Origin: Eledone cirrhosa
Taxonomy: Eukaryota
NCBI GenBank assembly: GCA_964016885.1
Contig: OZ024751.1
Location: forward strand, 25,420,001 to 25,484,000
DNA length: 64,000 bases
Direction: 5' to 3'
Within the stretch, counting starts at the first letter, position 1, and each line of letters begins with the position of its first letter. Below the pieces are notes generated by a model, which was not told the origin of the DNA, ran no database searches, and was given only the letters and a program-made list of their open reading frames with translations. The position numbers and the translations under genes were made by a program. Below, piece after piece: positions 1-13,939 of this stretch.

Positions 1-510
1 TGGTGTTGTTTCGGGTATGTCTGTGTTTGTTGTAGGTGTGGTGTCTGCAATTTCAGGTGTCTGTGTGTTTATTTGTTCTTGTGTTTGTTTAGGTTGTTTG
101 CGTTTCGGGGAAAGTGGGGGTGGTGATGATGCTGGTGCTGATGTTATTGGGGAAGTGTTTGCGTTGGTGGTGTCTGTATTTTTTGTTGTGTATGTTTATG
201 TGTTTTGTTGGCGCTTTTTTTGGGGTGGTGGTGAGTTTTCTCTTTTGTTTTTTGGCACTTTTGGGTTTCCTTCACCTTCACTGCTGGAAGACAAAGGGTC
301 TGTGGCTGTGAGTGTATCTGTGTCTGTGTGTGCGTTTATTGTTTTGTCTATGTGTATAATTAGAGGGGTAGGAGGAGTAGAAGAGCTTCCCTCGTTTTCC
401 CCTTGGATTGGTTTCGGTGTTAATAATAATAATAATAATAATAATTCTACTACTAGAGGAACAGCAAAATGATTTTTAAATACAGTTATATGTAAAAATC
501 TATTCTCCAT
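1..510 (-). other. Possible exon of a secreted Thr/Pro/Ser-rich protein, interrupted by one in-frame TAA
   Basis: ORF 510-196 has a hydrophobic stretch (AVPLVVELLLLLLLL...PIQG). After the TAA at 198-196 the same frame stays open to the window edge (TYTTKNTDTTNANTSPITSAPASSPPP...TPEIADTTPTTNTDIPETTP). The poly-Leu comes from a (TTA)n microsatellite. Confidence 0.3.
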
Positions 511-601
511 CAGGTTTTAATTTCCACAACTGCATCTGATGATTTAAGCGTGGCTTCGTCTTGAAAGCAACACAGACACACACACAAACACAGATATATA
601 C

Positions 602-654
<53 letters not shown>

Positions 655-674
655 AATATACATATATATGTATG

Positions 675-706
<32 letters not shown>

Positions 707-830
707 CATACATAAATATACATATATATGTATGTATATGTATATATACACATCAATATGCATACATACATACACATATATATATATACGTATATATCTA
801 TGTATATATGTATATACACATATCTATCTA

Positions 831-867
<37 letters not shown>

Positions 868-883
868 AATCTTCTGCTCTGTT

Positions 884-937
884 AGAACAGAGAGTGCTCA
901 ACTGCAATACCGCCTATGGAAGCATCATAGCTACCAT
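884..937 (+). repeat. Short dispersed repeat next to (TA)n (related copies ~13765-13830 and ~52787-52850)
   Basis: Shared motif GAGTGCTCA...TACCGC in all three copies; the first two also share CTATGGAA.CATC.TAGCTACCA. Confidence 0.55.
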
Positions 938-941
938 TAAT

Positions 942-1033
<92 letters not shown>

Positions 1034-1210
1034 GTGAGATGTTGGTTCGACTCCCATGTACGTCAATACTCATCTTTTTCCATTTCTCCGAGGGTTCTTA
1101 ACCCTACTATCAGGCTAAATAATTTCTTTAATTTCTTTAGTCAAAATACGGCGATAGCTTACATTTCTAATAATTTCAAACCCACTCGCTGTTTCGAAAA
1201 TATTCTTACT

Positions 1211-1245
<35 letters not shown>

Positions 1246-1742
1246 GCGGAGAGAGATAGTGAGAGAATGAAAGAGAGACTATGTGTGTGGTGAGTTTTCG
1301 TCTGTGAGAGTGTTCTTGTGCAGGTGTATATATGTGAACGAAAAGCATAAAACATCAACCATAGGGGAGAAAATCTTAATACAAAATGAATGTTAGGAAA
1401 GGAAAAGTTTAAAACGGAAGTTTATGTCTTTCTCTTTCCTTTCAGAATTAACATATTTTTTCAGCTGTAGATTTATCGACATTTTCTGCTGTACATTTAT
1501 CTTCCATTTTACTGACTTAGCTTCGTTCTTTTGTTGGTTCTTTACCACATCTACAACCTGTTCTGGTTTTTATATTAACCACCTACATATATACAAATAT
1601 ATATATACATATATATTTATAAAAATATATATAAAGATATATATGTATATTTATATATACTTATATATATAGTTGAATAAATGAACAGAGAACAAAAAAC
1701 AGCGAAGCAGTACAAATGATATGATTTTTAGTTTCATGCTTG

Positions 1743-1818
<76 letters not shown>

Positions 1819-2324
1819 AGAGGGAGAAAGAAAGAGCATGACTATTTAGAACTTATTGTTCATCTGCGAGATCTTAAAGTTTTGTTAAGCTGTAAGCAAA
1901 TGTGATTTAAACTCATCAAACACCAAAAACAAAAAAAAAGAAATATGTATATAAATATATATACTTTTCATTTATTTTTATCGAAGAAAATGTGTGTTTG
2001 TTTATTTTATTTTTATTTTTTTTTACATATTTTAGGTTTGGCATTTTGCTTTTCTTTAGATTTGGATTTATTGCTATTTATTACTGTTTGTTATTTCTTC
2101 CCTTCTTTGATGTTCTTTGATAAAAGTTAATATTTATACTTAAATATATGTTGATGCAATATAATTAAATGAATGGAATGTCATTTCGTTCTTCCTTATG
2201 CTTGCTGAATTCTTCTTCTTCTTCTTCTTCTTCTTCTTCTTCATTTCCACCCGCACACATATGATATATATCTTAAATATTTATATTCATATATACATGC
2301 ATACAAATTTGCATATACACACAC

Positions 2325-2420
2325 AATGCGATGAAATACCCATGATCGTTTGGTAAATCACTGATGAGGGACTCATTTTATAACATGTTATCCATGTGCA
2401 ACCAGCAGTATTCTTCTCAC
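2325..2420 (+). repeat. Dispersed element end, CACTGATGAGGGACT...CCATGTGCAACC family
   Basis: Near-identical to 52890-52982; diverged inverted copy at 12835-12900; all three abut (TA)n-rich tracts. Confidence 0.65.
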
Positions 2421-3016
2421 TCATATTTTTTTATATATATATATATATTGACAGATTAATTGTATAAGTTTATTTTTAAAAACTACCTGGCTGAGTGCTT
2501 ATTCGATTTGTGCTATCTATGCAATTTTTTGTATCATATACACATACTGAATTCTTTTGCCAAAATATGGGGAATTTCCCCTTGTGACTTACGCATGTGC
2601 GTTTACTAGGCTCTGCATCACTCGCAAAGTTGGTTTCAGAGCAGAATTAGCTGTTGATAACGTGATAATCCTTGTTCGATCTTTATGCTGAAAGCTTATA
2701 GTTTTAAGCAGACAGTATTATTGATTTAGGTGTCATAGAAACCCTGCATTTGGATTTTCCCACCAGTTCCTTTTGGGTCCAGGTTTTTATCATTCATTTA
2801 TTTTGTTTGACCTGTTTAGCTTGATTTGTTTTTTGGCTTAGGTGGTTAATGATTTCTTAACCACTTTTTCAGTTTGTATGGCGTTTTAACTTATGTTTAG
2901 CTCTGGTTTTTTAACTACTGAGCGCTTGCCAGCATTTCTACGATTTTGTGTTTCGTTTCGCTTTTTCTACCAGCCGAAATACGATTCTCGCTGAATTATA
3001 TTTATATATATATATA

Positions 3017-3690
3017 GGGCGGGTAAAATTCTCGAGATCCATGGACGAGTTCTCTCCAGCGGTCTCTGTCCCTCATTATCGCTGCCATGTCCAACAAACC
3101 AGTGTCTGCCTTTAGGGCATCAACATATGTTAACCTCGGTCTTTTTCCAGTGTGTCCATGTAGGGGCTCCCACAGGAGATCTAAGTGCAGTGTCAATTCT
3201 AGATGTCGGTGAGTATGTCCAGCTAAGCTCAGTCTCCTCTGTGTCACTTTCGAACTGACTTTTGGGAGACTCCCGTACAACTCTGAGATCTTCATCCTCA
3301 GTGTATACTGATTAGTGTTCAGAGCCATCCTCAGCATTCTCGTGTAGCACCCATCCACAATCTGAGTGAATTTCTTGATCAGTGTCCAAGTCTCAGACCC
3401 GTACAGCAGCACAGACTCCACTACAGCAACGAAGAGACGGATCTTCAGGTCTTTAGAAGGTCCGACTTCCACACCGATTTCAAGGTATGGAACGCCGCCC
3501 AGGCTTTGCTCTTCCTCTCGACCACATCATCTTCCGTATTCACAATCTTTGCTCTCAAATACAGGAAGTCGTCAACCAATTCTAGCGGCTTCCCGCCTAC
3601 ATTAGTAATCTTCTCTGGCTCCTTAATATTATCTACCAGATACTCCGTCTTAATCTCATTCATTCTCAGCCCCACACTCATCGACACAGT
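3017..3690 (-). mobile_element. 5'-truncated, frameshifted RTE-like LINE (RT C-terminal region)
   Basis: Translations GLRMNEIKTEY...LELVDDFLYL...SKAWAAF and VVESVLLYGSETWTL...YTRMLRMALN...LAGH...LLWEP.HG...RPRLTYVD...DRDRWR are typical non-LTR RT C-termini; the 3' end runs into (TA)n. Confidence 0.85.
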
Positions 3691-3895
3691 CTCATTTTAA
3701 AATGATTAATCATTTTAAAAAGGTATCTATATTTGAAGTTCTAGTTAAACTTTAATTAGTTAGTTACCTACCTAGCTGTGTGTGCTGACACACTTTACAA
3801 ATTATTCCCTGAGATTGCTTCATGTGTTTATTTTTTATATATAAATATGTGTCAATCTACTTCTAGTTGATATATATATATATATAATACATATA

Positions 3896-3993
<98 letters not shown>

Positions 3994-4316
3994 TATATAT
4001 ATATATATTTGTATGCGTGTGTGTGTGTGAGTGTGTGTGCGTGTCTGTATACATATATATATACAAATTCAAGTGATATACAAAAACGTCTCTTCTTTAT
4101 ATCTAGTTGAGAAACAACTAGTATTATGTACATATATGTAATGATAATAATAAATGTACTCTCTCATAGAAATAATCAACTAAAGATTGTCAAAAGTTCA
4201 CTTATACGACGTTCATTACATAATTAGGAACGGACGAAGGCTTCAAAAGCATCATCTTTGTCCGTTCCCTTGTCGTATTAGTTTAGATTTCCTCGAGAAT
4301 GTAACCTTATTATGTA

Positions 4317-4395
4317 ATGAAGCTGTCTGATGAGATCATGACACTGGTTGCGCGGAATCACGTGGCCACTGTCGTCATTGAAATATGTATCTTCA
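4317..4395 (+). ncRNA. Degenerate type I hammerhead-like motif with long stem II
   Basis: CTGATGA at 4327-4333, a hairpin-forming insert, then GAAA-TATGTA-TC at 4380-4391; stem I is imperfect. Confidence 0.4.
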
Positions 4396-4517
4396 ACCAA
4401 ACTTTACTTGTAGCTTACAATATTATAGTGGCGAAAAATACAAACAAACTGACAAAAATAAACTACTAAAAACCAGAGAAAAAATATATATATAGTCAAC
4501 AAAGAGTTACGACCCTT

Positions 4518-4636
4518 AATGATCTGAGTTCAAATCCCGCCAAGGTTAACTTTGTCTTTCATCTTTACAAGATTGATAAAATAAAGTACCAGTAATGCAC
4601 TGGGGTATTTGCTGGCCTTGTGCCAAGAGTAGAAAT
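4518..4636 (+). mobile_element. Partial octopod-type tRNA-derived SINE
   Basis: CTGAGTTCAAATCCCGCC...CTTTCATC...GATAAAATAAAGTACCAG...GCTGGCCTTGTGCCAA matches full copies at 48887 and 62566. Confidence 0.75.
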
Positions 4637-4693
4637 ATGTATCAAAGTCTTATCAATAATGGACTTTAACACCTGCAACTAACTCGCATTTTC

Positions 4694-4757
<64 letters not shown>

Positions 4758-4759
4758 CC

Positions 4760-4860
<101 letters not shown>

Positions 4861-5419
4861 TCGTTTCTTAACATTTTTGCCACCGGGAAGGTGGCTGGTC
4901 AAAAGTAAACTCAGAATTAAGAGAAAGAGAGAATGTATATATACACGATATGATCTACAAATACATGACTGCATAATAAGCCATACTTACTGAACGTATG
5001 TCTACGATTGTATCTCACTTTTTCTTTCTCTCTGTTTCTTTGGAGAACCATAGAAGCAAAAATTATTCATAGAAAATATATGTCGTAGAAATTTCATAGA
5101 GAATGTAATCTTTGCTCATGCAAATTTATCATTTGAAGCTAAATAAACGGTTTATTTGCCAAAACGTGGTATTTGTTGGGATTCTTAGCTTTGATGTATA
5201 TAAATCAGAATATAAGCTGCTTTTCATTTATTAGGACAACATTGTCTTTGGTGAAATCCTAACATCCACAACTTTTAAACGCAGAAGTATTCGTCATTGT
5301 TGAATCCACTGAAAGTGATGTGTTATTGATCTTAGTTATATGTGTTTTCTGTTTGCGAGTTTGTATGTTATTTTAATTATCTTTGCTTTTCAATATCGTT
5401 ATGTGGCCATATGCCCTTC

Positions 5420-5533
<114 letters not shown>

Positions 5534-5690
5534 TAAAATAACAGATTAAAGTTTAAGCAAAGAATCGTTGCTTTCAACCTTAACGGGATCTTCTGAAACT
5601 AAAAAAGTTAATCTGTAAACGCAGAAGTGGATATTTAAAAAAACGTTGCAACCGGAGGAAGACAGGAAGACGATACTTTGGTTCGTGGAA

Positions 5691-5949
5691 ACGTTCCCTG
5701 GCAAAGAACGGGAAAAAACGAATATAATACATCGTTAATTGGAGCTGTGAAAAACAATTACACGCAAAGACAGAACCACGTTTAATGTAGAAAAGAAGTC
5801 GTAGACTAATGTTCTCTTAGGTGGTTGATAGAGACGTTCTCTGGCAATGAACGGAAAAAACGAAGATTATACGTCATATGTGGTGCGTGGAGAACAATTG
5901 CACACAAAGACAAAACCACGTAAATAGTATAGCTGAAGTCGTAGACTAA
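5691..5949. repeat. Two diverged ~140-bp direct repeats downstream of the Penelope ORF (possible 3' UTR or pseudo-LTR)
   Basis: ACGTT.CTGGCAA.GAACGG.AAAAACGAA...CAATT.CAC.CAAAGACA.AACCACGT...GAAGTCGTAGACTAA at 5691-5808 and 5833-5949. Confidence 0.55.
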
Positions 5950-6534
5950 AATTCTAACTAGGAAACCGAATGATTCTCCGCTCAGAGTTAAGAATAAAGT
6001 AAATAAAATACAGAGGTAATTGAAATTAAATAAATACATACACGCATCCAAATACGTACATACGCAAGCATACGCGAAAACACTCGCCATAGGTATACAA
6101 AACCACGCGCATATAAATATGTGTGTATGTGCGTGTGTGTATACAAATAAATAAATAATTAAATAAACGTATATAAATAAATAAATACGTATATAACAAG
6201 CGCACACACATACCTACATGTAAATATACAAATGTTCGGAGACGTACTTCAACCAAAATACGAAGTACACATATACACACACCCTACATACGTACGAACC
6301 CGCATACTCACACAGACGCAAAACTCACGTATACACATAATCAAAAGCATATGTACCAGAATATATAAAATATACGCCATAACATATACAATCAAATATA
6401 CGTACGAGAAAGTATACGTACCTTCACAAAACATACAGGTAATATATACTTACCTATGCAAATAAGTAATGGTATAAACATAACATATACTTAGCTACCA
6501 CATCAAGACGTAAAATATCCACGTATAGATCGTA

Positions 6535-8100
6535 CTATCCGTTAGGGTATAATGTGGGGCTGTAATACAGGAAAGTTTTGTGCAATTTGTGTTTACAAGC
6601 CGAAATTGCCTCAGATTTTTTGTTTAAGATGTGGTCTGTGGCGTAGAGTATTTCCAGGGCTTCAGCGGCGCAGAGGTCACATGGTCTTTTATTTCCGTTA
6701 TACGATCTAGCCCTAGCTAGGATCTCCCAGTGTAACTTATATTGGGTGTGGTTGTCTTTTAGACTCCAGATATAAGCTGAAAGTGACATCATATTCCTTC
6801 TTAGAGGGTAACGAAAAGAATGGGTATGCATGTAAAGACGCTGCTTGAATCTATTGGCGGTTACCCCTATGTAGGCCCTACGGGACGTGGGTGTTTCAAC
6901 CTTACATTTGTAGACAATGTTACTAGAGAGGCATTTCCCGGATAGGGAGCAATCAACCCGATTCCTACAGTTACAGTTAGTACTAACGACAGGGTGGCAC
7001 GTGTTCCTATGGCTAGGTAGTTTAGCTAAATTTGAAGATGTGATGTTATGTGCAAGGTTAGGAGTCGTAGAGTAACAAATTTTAATAGTATTTCTATTAA
7101 AAATGTTACTATATTTATGTGTAGGGGGGAAAACGCTTCGTAATAAGGGATAGAAAGATCTTAGCTAATGGTGTGGCCACCTCCATATTATATGATGGGT
7201 TATACCATATAATGCGTCGGGATCTATTTCTTCTAGGTCTATTCTCGTACTCTGTATATGCTAACTTATCGACAAATCCACTCCGAACAAGAGCTTCATT
7301 GTAATAAGTGGAATGGTCGTTGAAAATATGCTCGTCAGTAGATAGACGGGAAAGCCTCAACGAAACGTTTCTTACCAGGTTCTTGGTTATGCTGGCAGGA
7401 TGGTTGGAATGCTTACTTATGTAATTAAGCGTATCATTCGGCTTTCTATACGGGTAATACAAGCCATTCGATAAATTGAGGGTAACGTCGAGGTAATTAA
7501 CGACCGTGAGGTTGGCCTCAACTTGTATAGAGAGGTTGAAGCCTTTAAAGAAGGCTGTGAGTTCTTTTCTGAACCTGTCGCAAGCACGAGGGCCGCACTT
7601 AGTCATGGTCAAAAGACCATCATCACGGTATAAACCACCGCCCGCGTTGGGGAATTCGTCCTGGATAGAGAAAAGAAGGAAAAGGCCGATAAGATCAGTA
7701 ACCTCCGCAGAATCGCTGGCGCCCATACTCACGTCGAATGGGGTACTATTGGATTTTTTAATCCAAATAGAGTCGTCGAAATTAATCACCGACTCACAGG
7801 CATTGAGGATGACATCAACTTCGAAATCCTTAACTACTGTGAGTGTTTTAGCGAAATTGATAGCTCTAAGGAGAAGTGGTAAAATGATGGAGGAGTAGTA
7901 ATTATTGATGTCGAATTGAATAAAACGGCAATGTTCCTTGTTTCATATGCCGTTGAACCAATCAATCACCGCGAAAGAATTGTTCCACAGTGCAAGAGGG
8001 GCCAAACTTCTAATTTCAGGTATAATTCTATCAAGAATCCTTTTACTAAGTCTACCTAAATCGGACTTCGTAGGGTTAATAAGCCGAATAGATGGGTTGT
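6535..8100 (-). mobile_element. Penelope-like retroelement, RT plus GIY-YIG endonuclease, disrupted
   Basis: RT motifs IRLINPTKSDLG, FIQFDINNYY, FDVSMGASDSAEVTDLIG, GLYRDDGL, VNYLDVTLNL, YRKPND, SNHP; IIWYNP; C-terminal CVx-Cys linker then VYKCKV...AYIGVTANRFKQRLYMH...CDLCAAE. One internal stop and a frameshift near the G-run at ~7125. Confidence 0.9.
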
Positions 8101-8819
8101 AAGGAATCAAATAAAATGGAATAAAAGATCGCCATATTTGTCTTTTGCTAGCAACAACCAGACATTACCTGAAATTAATACTTTAACTTGGTGCAAGCAA
8201 CAACCAGACATTACGTGAAATAAATACTTTAACTTTGGGCGATTATGCCTTAATCAAGTCAAAATAATATCTTTTTTTATTTGATAGTCGCTAACAGTTC
8301 TTACCAGGATTGCATTTCTTCACTGTAACTAACAGGAACAATTTCAATTAAGTCATAATTAATTTTGTATCCGGCACACAGTTATCATTTATATGTAATC
8401 ATTGTCTGACAGAAATTTGTTTTAATATAGTGTTATGTTTATGGTAGCCTGTCATCTCATGTTTTAATGTAGTGTTGTTATGTCTATGGTAGCTGTCATC
8501 TTATATGTTTTAATATAGTGTTGTAATATCTATGGTAGTCATCGGATCATTTGCCAATTCGTCCGATTATATTCTCTTTTGCCTTGGTCGATGTCCTTAG
8601 GTTTGTTAATCTATATTTCATTTCACACTGATTATCTTACATGGATACTTTTTACTAATACATTACTAATATACTTACACATATCACATGCCTATGACAG
8701 CAGCAGCAGTAGCAGCAGGTAATTTCTTACAGGAGTACGCCAAATATGAACAAATAATCGAATAGTGAACAACAAATGCTGTTGCAAACAGTTATATTTT
8801 AAATTAAAAGACAACGTGA

Positions 8820-8950
8820 AGGCACGTGACATTGTGGTTAGGGTATTTGGCTGACCACCATGAGGGCGTGAGTTTGATTCCTGGACAGGATGGTGCATTG
8901 TATCATTGCTCATGACAATATATTTCATGTTGGTCCAGTCCACTCAACTG
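8820..8950 (+). mobile_element. Degenerate tRNA-headed SINE (second family)
   Basis: A/B-box-like head GTGGTTAG...GTGAGTTTGATTCCTGGACAGG; similar to 28399-28515. Confidence 0.55.
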
Positions 8951-10166
8951 AAAAACAAATAGATGTGGTGAAATTGCTACCACGTTGTATCGCCCTTTGC
9001 TTTTTCCTATGGACAACAACAATGGCATGGAGAGGTGAGACGTACATGCAGGGGCCAATGTGGGCCTTTCTCCATTCCCCTCAAAACATCTTGTCCGGGC
9101 GTCTTGGAGAGTAAACCTCCAGATTCAAAGCTATGGTCAAATACGACATATGTGAGTCTATATAGTATATAAAGACATTAATAAAGTACATAAAGACAAG
9201 AGTCTACATAGTACATAAAGACAAGAAAGGAGCCAATCCTCAGATCGGACAAAGAAAACTATATTTCCATTGGTCTTTTCATTTACGATAATATTTGTCA
9301 GTTACAACTCCCTGTCCAGTAAGCCATTGGTCATTGCCCAGTCTAGCAAGCCAACCCACGACCTGATGATCGTGTGACTTAATCGCCTTCTTACAAAATA
9401 CTTCATACTGCTTTGCTTCTTCAGCCAAGATTTCCCATCGGTAGAGAGCACTAGCAATGGAAATGCCAATGGAAATATTTCTTCCTTGGTCCGACCTGAC
9501 GATCAATCAATATATTAATTAGAAAAGAACATACGAATACACGCAGAAAGATGAAATATACGATTTAATATCCCAGAGTACATATTTTAATGTTTTGAAG
9601 AAATCAGAAACATCCATCCAAATTTTCAAATTGTTCACATTTTTATTTTTTTTTCGTTTCGGTTCGATTTCGTTTTTCGTATAATATTTTTTTTTGTAAA
9701 TTTCTCTTTTAAATATATTTTTGAAATATTCCTGTCCTCTTCTTTATATATAGTTACATATTTTGTTTGTTTTTATTTTCTGTTGTTTTTTTTTTATATT
9801 TCTTTCATTCTGTAAAGTTTGTTTTAATTTACTTCGTGATGTTCAGAATCCTAATAGTATTATTAATATAATTATTATTTTATTTCGAATATATTACTGT
9901 TTTGGGAAGTTAGGTGGTGGTAGGATCGGGCTTGGTTTATGAGAAACAAAATAAATAAAATAAAAATAATGATAATTATAGTAATAATGGTCATATTAAA
10001 ACATCTGTTATATTGATGACCTTAGCTAACATGAGGAAGTTAATTAAACAGAAAGATGCGTCTATTATTATTAGCATTATTGTGCTTTCTCATTACACTA
10101 CATTTTTATTTGTGAATTGTGTTGTTTTCTGAAAGAGGTCACTATGGCAATGTATATACATATATG

Positions 10167-10208
<42 letters not shown>

Positions 10209-10231
10209 GAATATATATATATATATAAAAG

Positions 10232-10337
<106 letters not shown>

Positions 10338-12556
10338 ACATGTTCTCTGGATCTTAATGTTGTTAGTGAGCTTCATATATATATATATATATATGCACAC
10401 ATACACACACATATACATATATATATGTGTGTGTATGTATTATATAGGTGTATATATGTATGTATATATGTAAGTATATGTATACATATATTTCGCTATG
10501 TATTAAATATATATAAAATCAGTGTGTTGAGTGTGTGTGAGAGAGAGAGAGAGACAAAGAGAGAGAGAGGGGGGAGAGAGAGAGAGAGAGAAAGGAGGGG
10601 GAATGGAATAGGATGAAAGAAAAAATGTAAAATCTCGTCTGCTTTGAATATTTTGCCTCAAAGTTCGACTCTTATTTTCCATTCTACAAACTTTTCTCCG
10701 TGTTTGATTTTCATGTATTTACTTATCTCCTCTTCTTTGTTTATACTTCCTTTCCAAATATTATCCCCCTTTTTGATCACTCTTGTTTCTTTCTTCCTTT
10801 TTTGTTCTCACTATTCCTTTGTTGCTGTATTTGTTTGGTGGTGTTTCTGTTGTGGAAGATATTGCTTGTGTTGACATTATTTCAGTACCTGTATTTCTCT
10901 ATCTAATTCAGTGATATTTTTAGTCAGTTAGTTAGAAAGTTATTTAGATAAAGTGATTGGTTGATAGAGTGATAGATAAAATAAATAGTTCTCTAAAATG
11001 AACAGTAAATGATATATACGTTTATATTTTCCACGAATCTGTACATAGAAAATACATTCATAATGGTTGACGATCATCACGAAGAAATGAATTCAGTGCT
11101 TGGATGTTCCACCTTGACACAAATATCATTTGTCTCTTGCTTTCTTTCTTCTGTGTGTGTGTGTATGCTTTTTTAACCTAGAAATGGGAAATGAGTAAAA
11201 GATTATACTAACAGTAATAATATTTCAATATATTATTTGAATGGTTATCTTTACGTATAATATATAATAATCATAAGCATTATATATATATATAGAGAGG
11301 ACAACACGTATATGGAACGACAAACAAAATAGAAAACCAAATATATAACTAAAAAGACAGGATAAGCTATGAATTAAAGTTATTTTGTTGATGCTTAGAA
11401 GAAGCGATAAATAATGTATGGTGACGTTTTAGAGTATACCCGTCTTCGGAGGGTGAGAAAGAACGGAAAGGGAAGAGAATGGTGAACAGAAAAAGAAGAA
11501 GTTGAGGTAAATCGTGGCGTGTGGATAGAAAGTTCACACGTGTGCGGATATATCAAGAGAGAGATAGAGAGACTCAAATGTTTCTATCAATTAGCTGTTT
11601 TGGGGGGTGCAATTTGTGATTTGAACGAAAGTGGAAATGGTGAAAAGTAAGGATGAAAGAAAAGATATAAAACTTCAACTGATAGAAAAGAAATGAAGTA
11701 AAAATGGGAGATAATTTTGAAGTTTAAACAAACAACAACATCAACATGGTCATAAAATAGTGGTGGGGTTAAATAAAGAAAACTATATTTCTATTTGTCT
11801 TTCAAATATCATCTGAGTCTATAATCAAAGCTGAAACATCATTTTGTTTTTCGATTTCAGAAATTGGAATTCGAAATCCGAACGTACAGAGCCAGTGACC
11901 ATCACGTCCGAATATTTAACAATTGCACCAATCAATCGCCTCTGGATTGATACATTATTCATCCACTTTGAAAAGAAGAGGAGAGACAAATTTAATATCA
12001 GCAGTCTTTGAACTGAGAGGGCAGAATATATATAGTAATTTGATTCACGACTCAAAGGATTGTTCCAATTTGCTGAAATTTTTGGGGAAAATGGGAGAAA
12101 TTGGTCTGACATGACGTAAGAAAGCTCACCAATAATATATTTTGAGAATGAGAAATTTAGATAGATAATAAGATGATTGATATTAAGAAATGATGAAGTA
12201 TTTGATTAATAAATTATTGATATATATATATATATCCACTCTGCTTATGCCGAGACTAAGTATGTGACGTAGTCACTATTTTAAAATTCATAGTAAATGG
12301 TTTTTAAATAAACATACAGTATATTATCAAATATACTATACGTACAATAATATATATATATAAATCTACATTATTTCAGATGACCACATATATATGTGTA
12401 GGTATGTATATTCCCTCTGATAGTTTGTAAAATTTTTACATAGATCTATATGATATACATACCAACACACACATATATATCCTAGAAACGATCGTAAAAT
12501 GATGAATTTTTTAATATAAGGAACTGTTTCTTTGTTTTTATTCATTATTTTTATTA

Positions 12557-12600
<44 letters not shown>

Positions 12601-12667
12601 GTTATTCCGGGTTGAGTCGGAGGTAACCACAGTAAGTAAGGTACTCAATACATTGCAGAGTATAAAA

Positions 12668-12791
12668 GTTTTAATATAGATGCGATTCTACAGGACTAGA
12701 ACTGTTTCATTCTTTAGAAATCATCAGGAGATTCCTGATGATTTCTAAAGAATGAAACAGTTCTAGTCCTGTAGAATCTCATCTATATTAA

Positions 12792-12795
<4 letters not shown>
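12668..12795. repeat. Near-perfect fold-back palindrome (~60-bp arms) with hammerhead-like cores
   Basis: GTTTTAATATAGA...TCATCAGGA / TCCTGATGA...TCTATATTAAAAC; CTGATGA-TTTC-TAAA-GAAT-GAAAC on each strand; half copy at 43432-43492. Confidence 0.8.
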
Positions 12796-12828
<33 letters not shown>

Positions 12829-13024
12829 TATGAAAATATGGCGTGCTGCGTGGTTGCAAATGGGTTACATATGAATAAATTTAGTCCTTCATCAGTGATC
12901 TTCCAACCTTCATTGGTATTTTATCGCGGTTGGTGCGAGCAACGGCTAAAGAAAGTCGTTGGGACACGTAAATAAGGGGAACGAGCGAGACAGTAAACAA
13001 TCAAAGATGGTAATGCAACGAAAA

Positions 13025-13620
13025 GTGAGGAAGAAGGAGTCAAGTCCCTGAAATCGATGAACATAAGTTCCGTGAAATCGTGGACGAGAGAGAATAAAGG
13101 CCATCAAACCCGGTCGAAATGTGAGTAAGGAAAGAATTTCGCACGGGTCAAACGGGAGGAAGAAGGAGTCAAGACCCTGAAATCGATGAACATAAGTTCC
13201 GTGAAATCGTGGACGAGAGAGAATAAAGGCCATCAAACCCGGTCGAAATGTGAGTAAGGAAAGAATTTCGCACGGGTCAAACGGGAGGAAGAAGGAGTCA
13301 AGTCCCTGAAATCGATGAACATAAGTTCTGTGAAATCGTGGACGAGAGAGAATAAAGGCCATCAAACCCGGTCGAAATGTGAGTAAGGAAAGAATTTCGC
13401 ACGGGTCAAACGGGAGGAAGAAGGAGTCAAGACCCTGAAATCGATGAACATAAGTTCTGTGAAATCGTGGACGAGAGAGAATAAAGGCCATCAAACCCGG
13501 TCGAAATGTGAGTAAGGAAAGAATTTCGCACGGGTCAAACGGGAGGAAGAAGGAGTCAAGTCCCTGAAATCGATGAACATAAGTTCTGTGAAATCGTAGA
13601 CGAGAGACAATAAAGACCAT
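13025..13620. repeat. 120-bp tandem repeat, about 5 copies
   Basis: Unit GAGGAAGAAGGAGTCAAG.CCCTGAAATCGATGAACATAAGTTC...CACGGGTCAAACGG recurs every 120 nt with only a few substitutions. Confidence 0.95.
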
Positions 13621-13649
13621 CCAACCTGGTCAAAGTGTGCGGGAGGAAA

Positions 13650-13738
<89 letters not shown>

Positions 13739-13860
13739 CTATATATATATATCTATTCTATCATACTCTGCACTGTAAGAGCATAGAGTGCTCAACCGGC
13801 ATACCGCCTATGGAAACATCTTAGCTACCATAAGAATACACACACATATATATACAATCC

Positions 13861-13939
<79 letters not shown>

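Noticed and set aside
5560-5605. Hammerhead-like CAGAAGA...GAAA on the minus strand beyond the Penelope 3' end (similar at 11420-11450)
   Set aside because: Core mutated and stems too weak to call
11860-12120. Plus-strand exon-like segment with good acceptor and GTAAG donor
   Set aside because: All three frames contain stops; cannot be supported as coding
12946-13620. 224-aa ORF with a 40-aa repeat
   Set aside because: Open only because the 120-bp unit lacks stops in that frame; no recognisable domain
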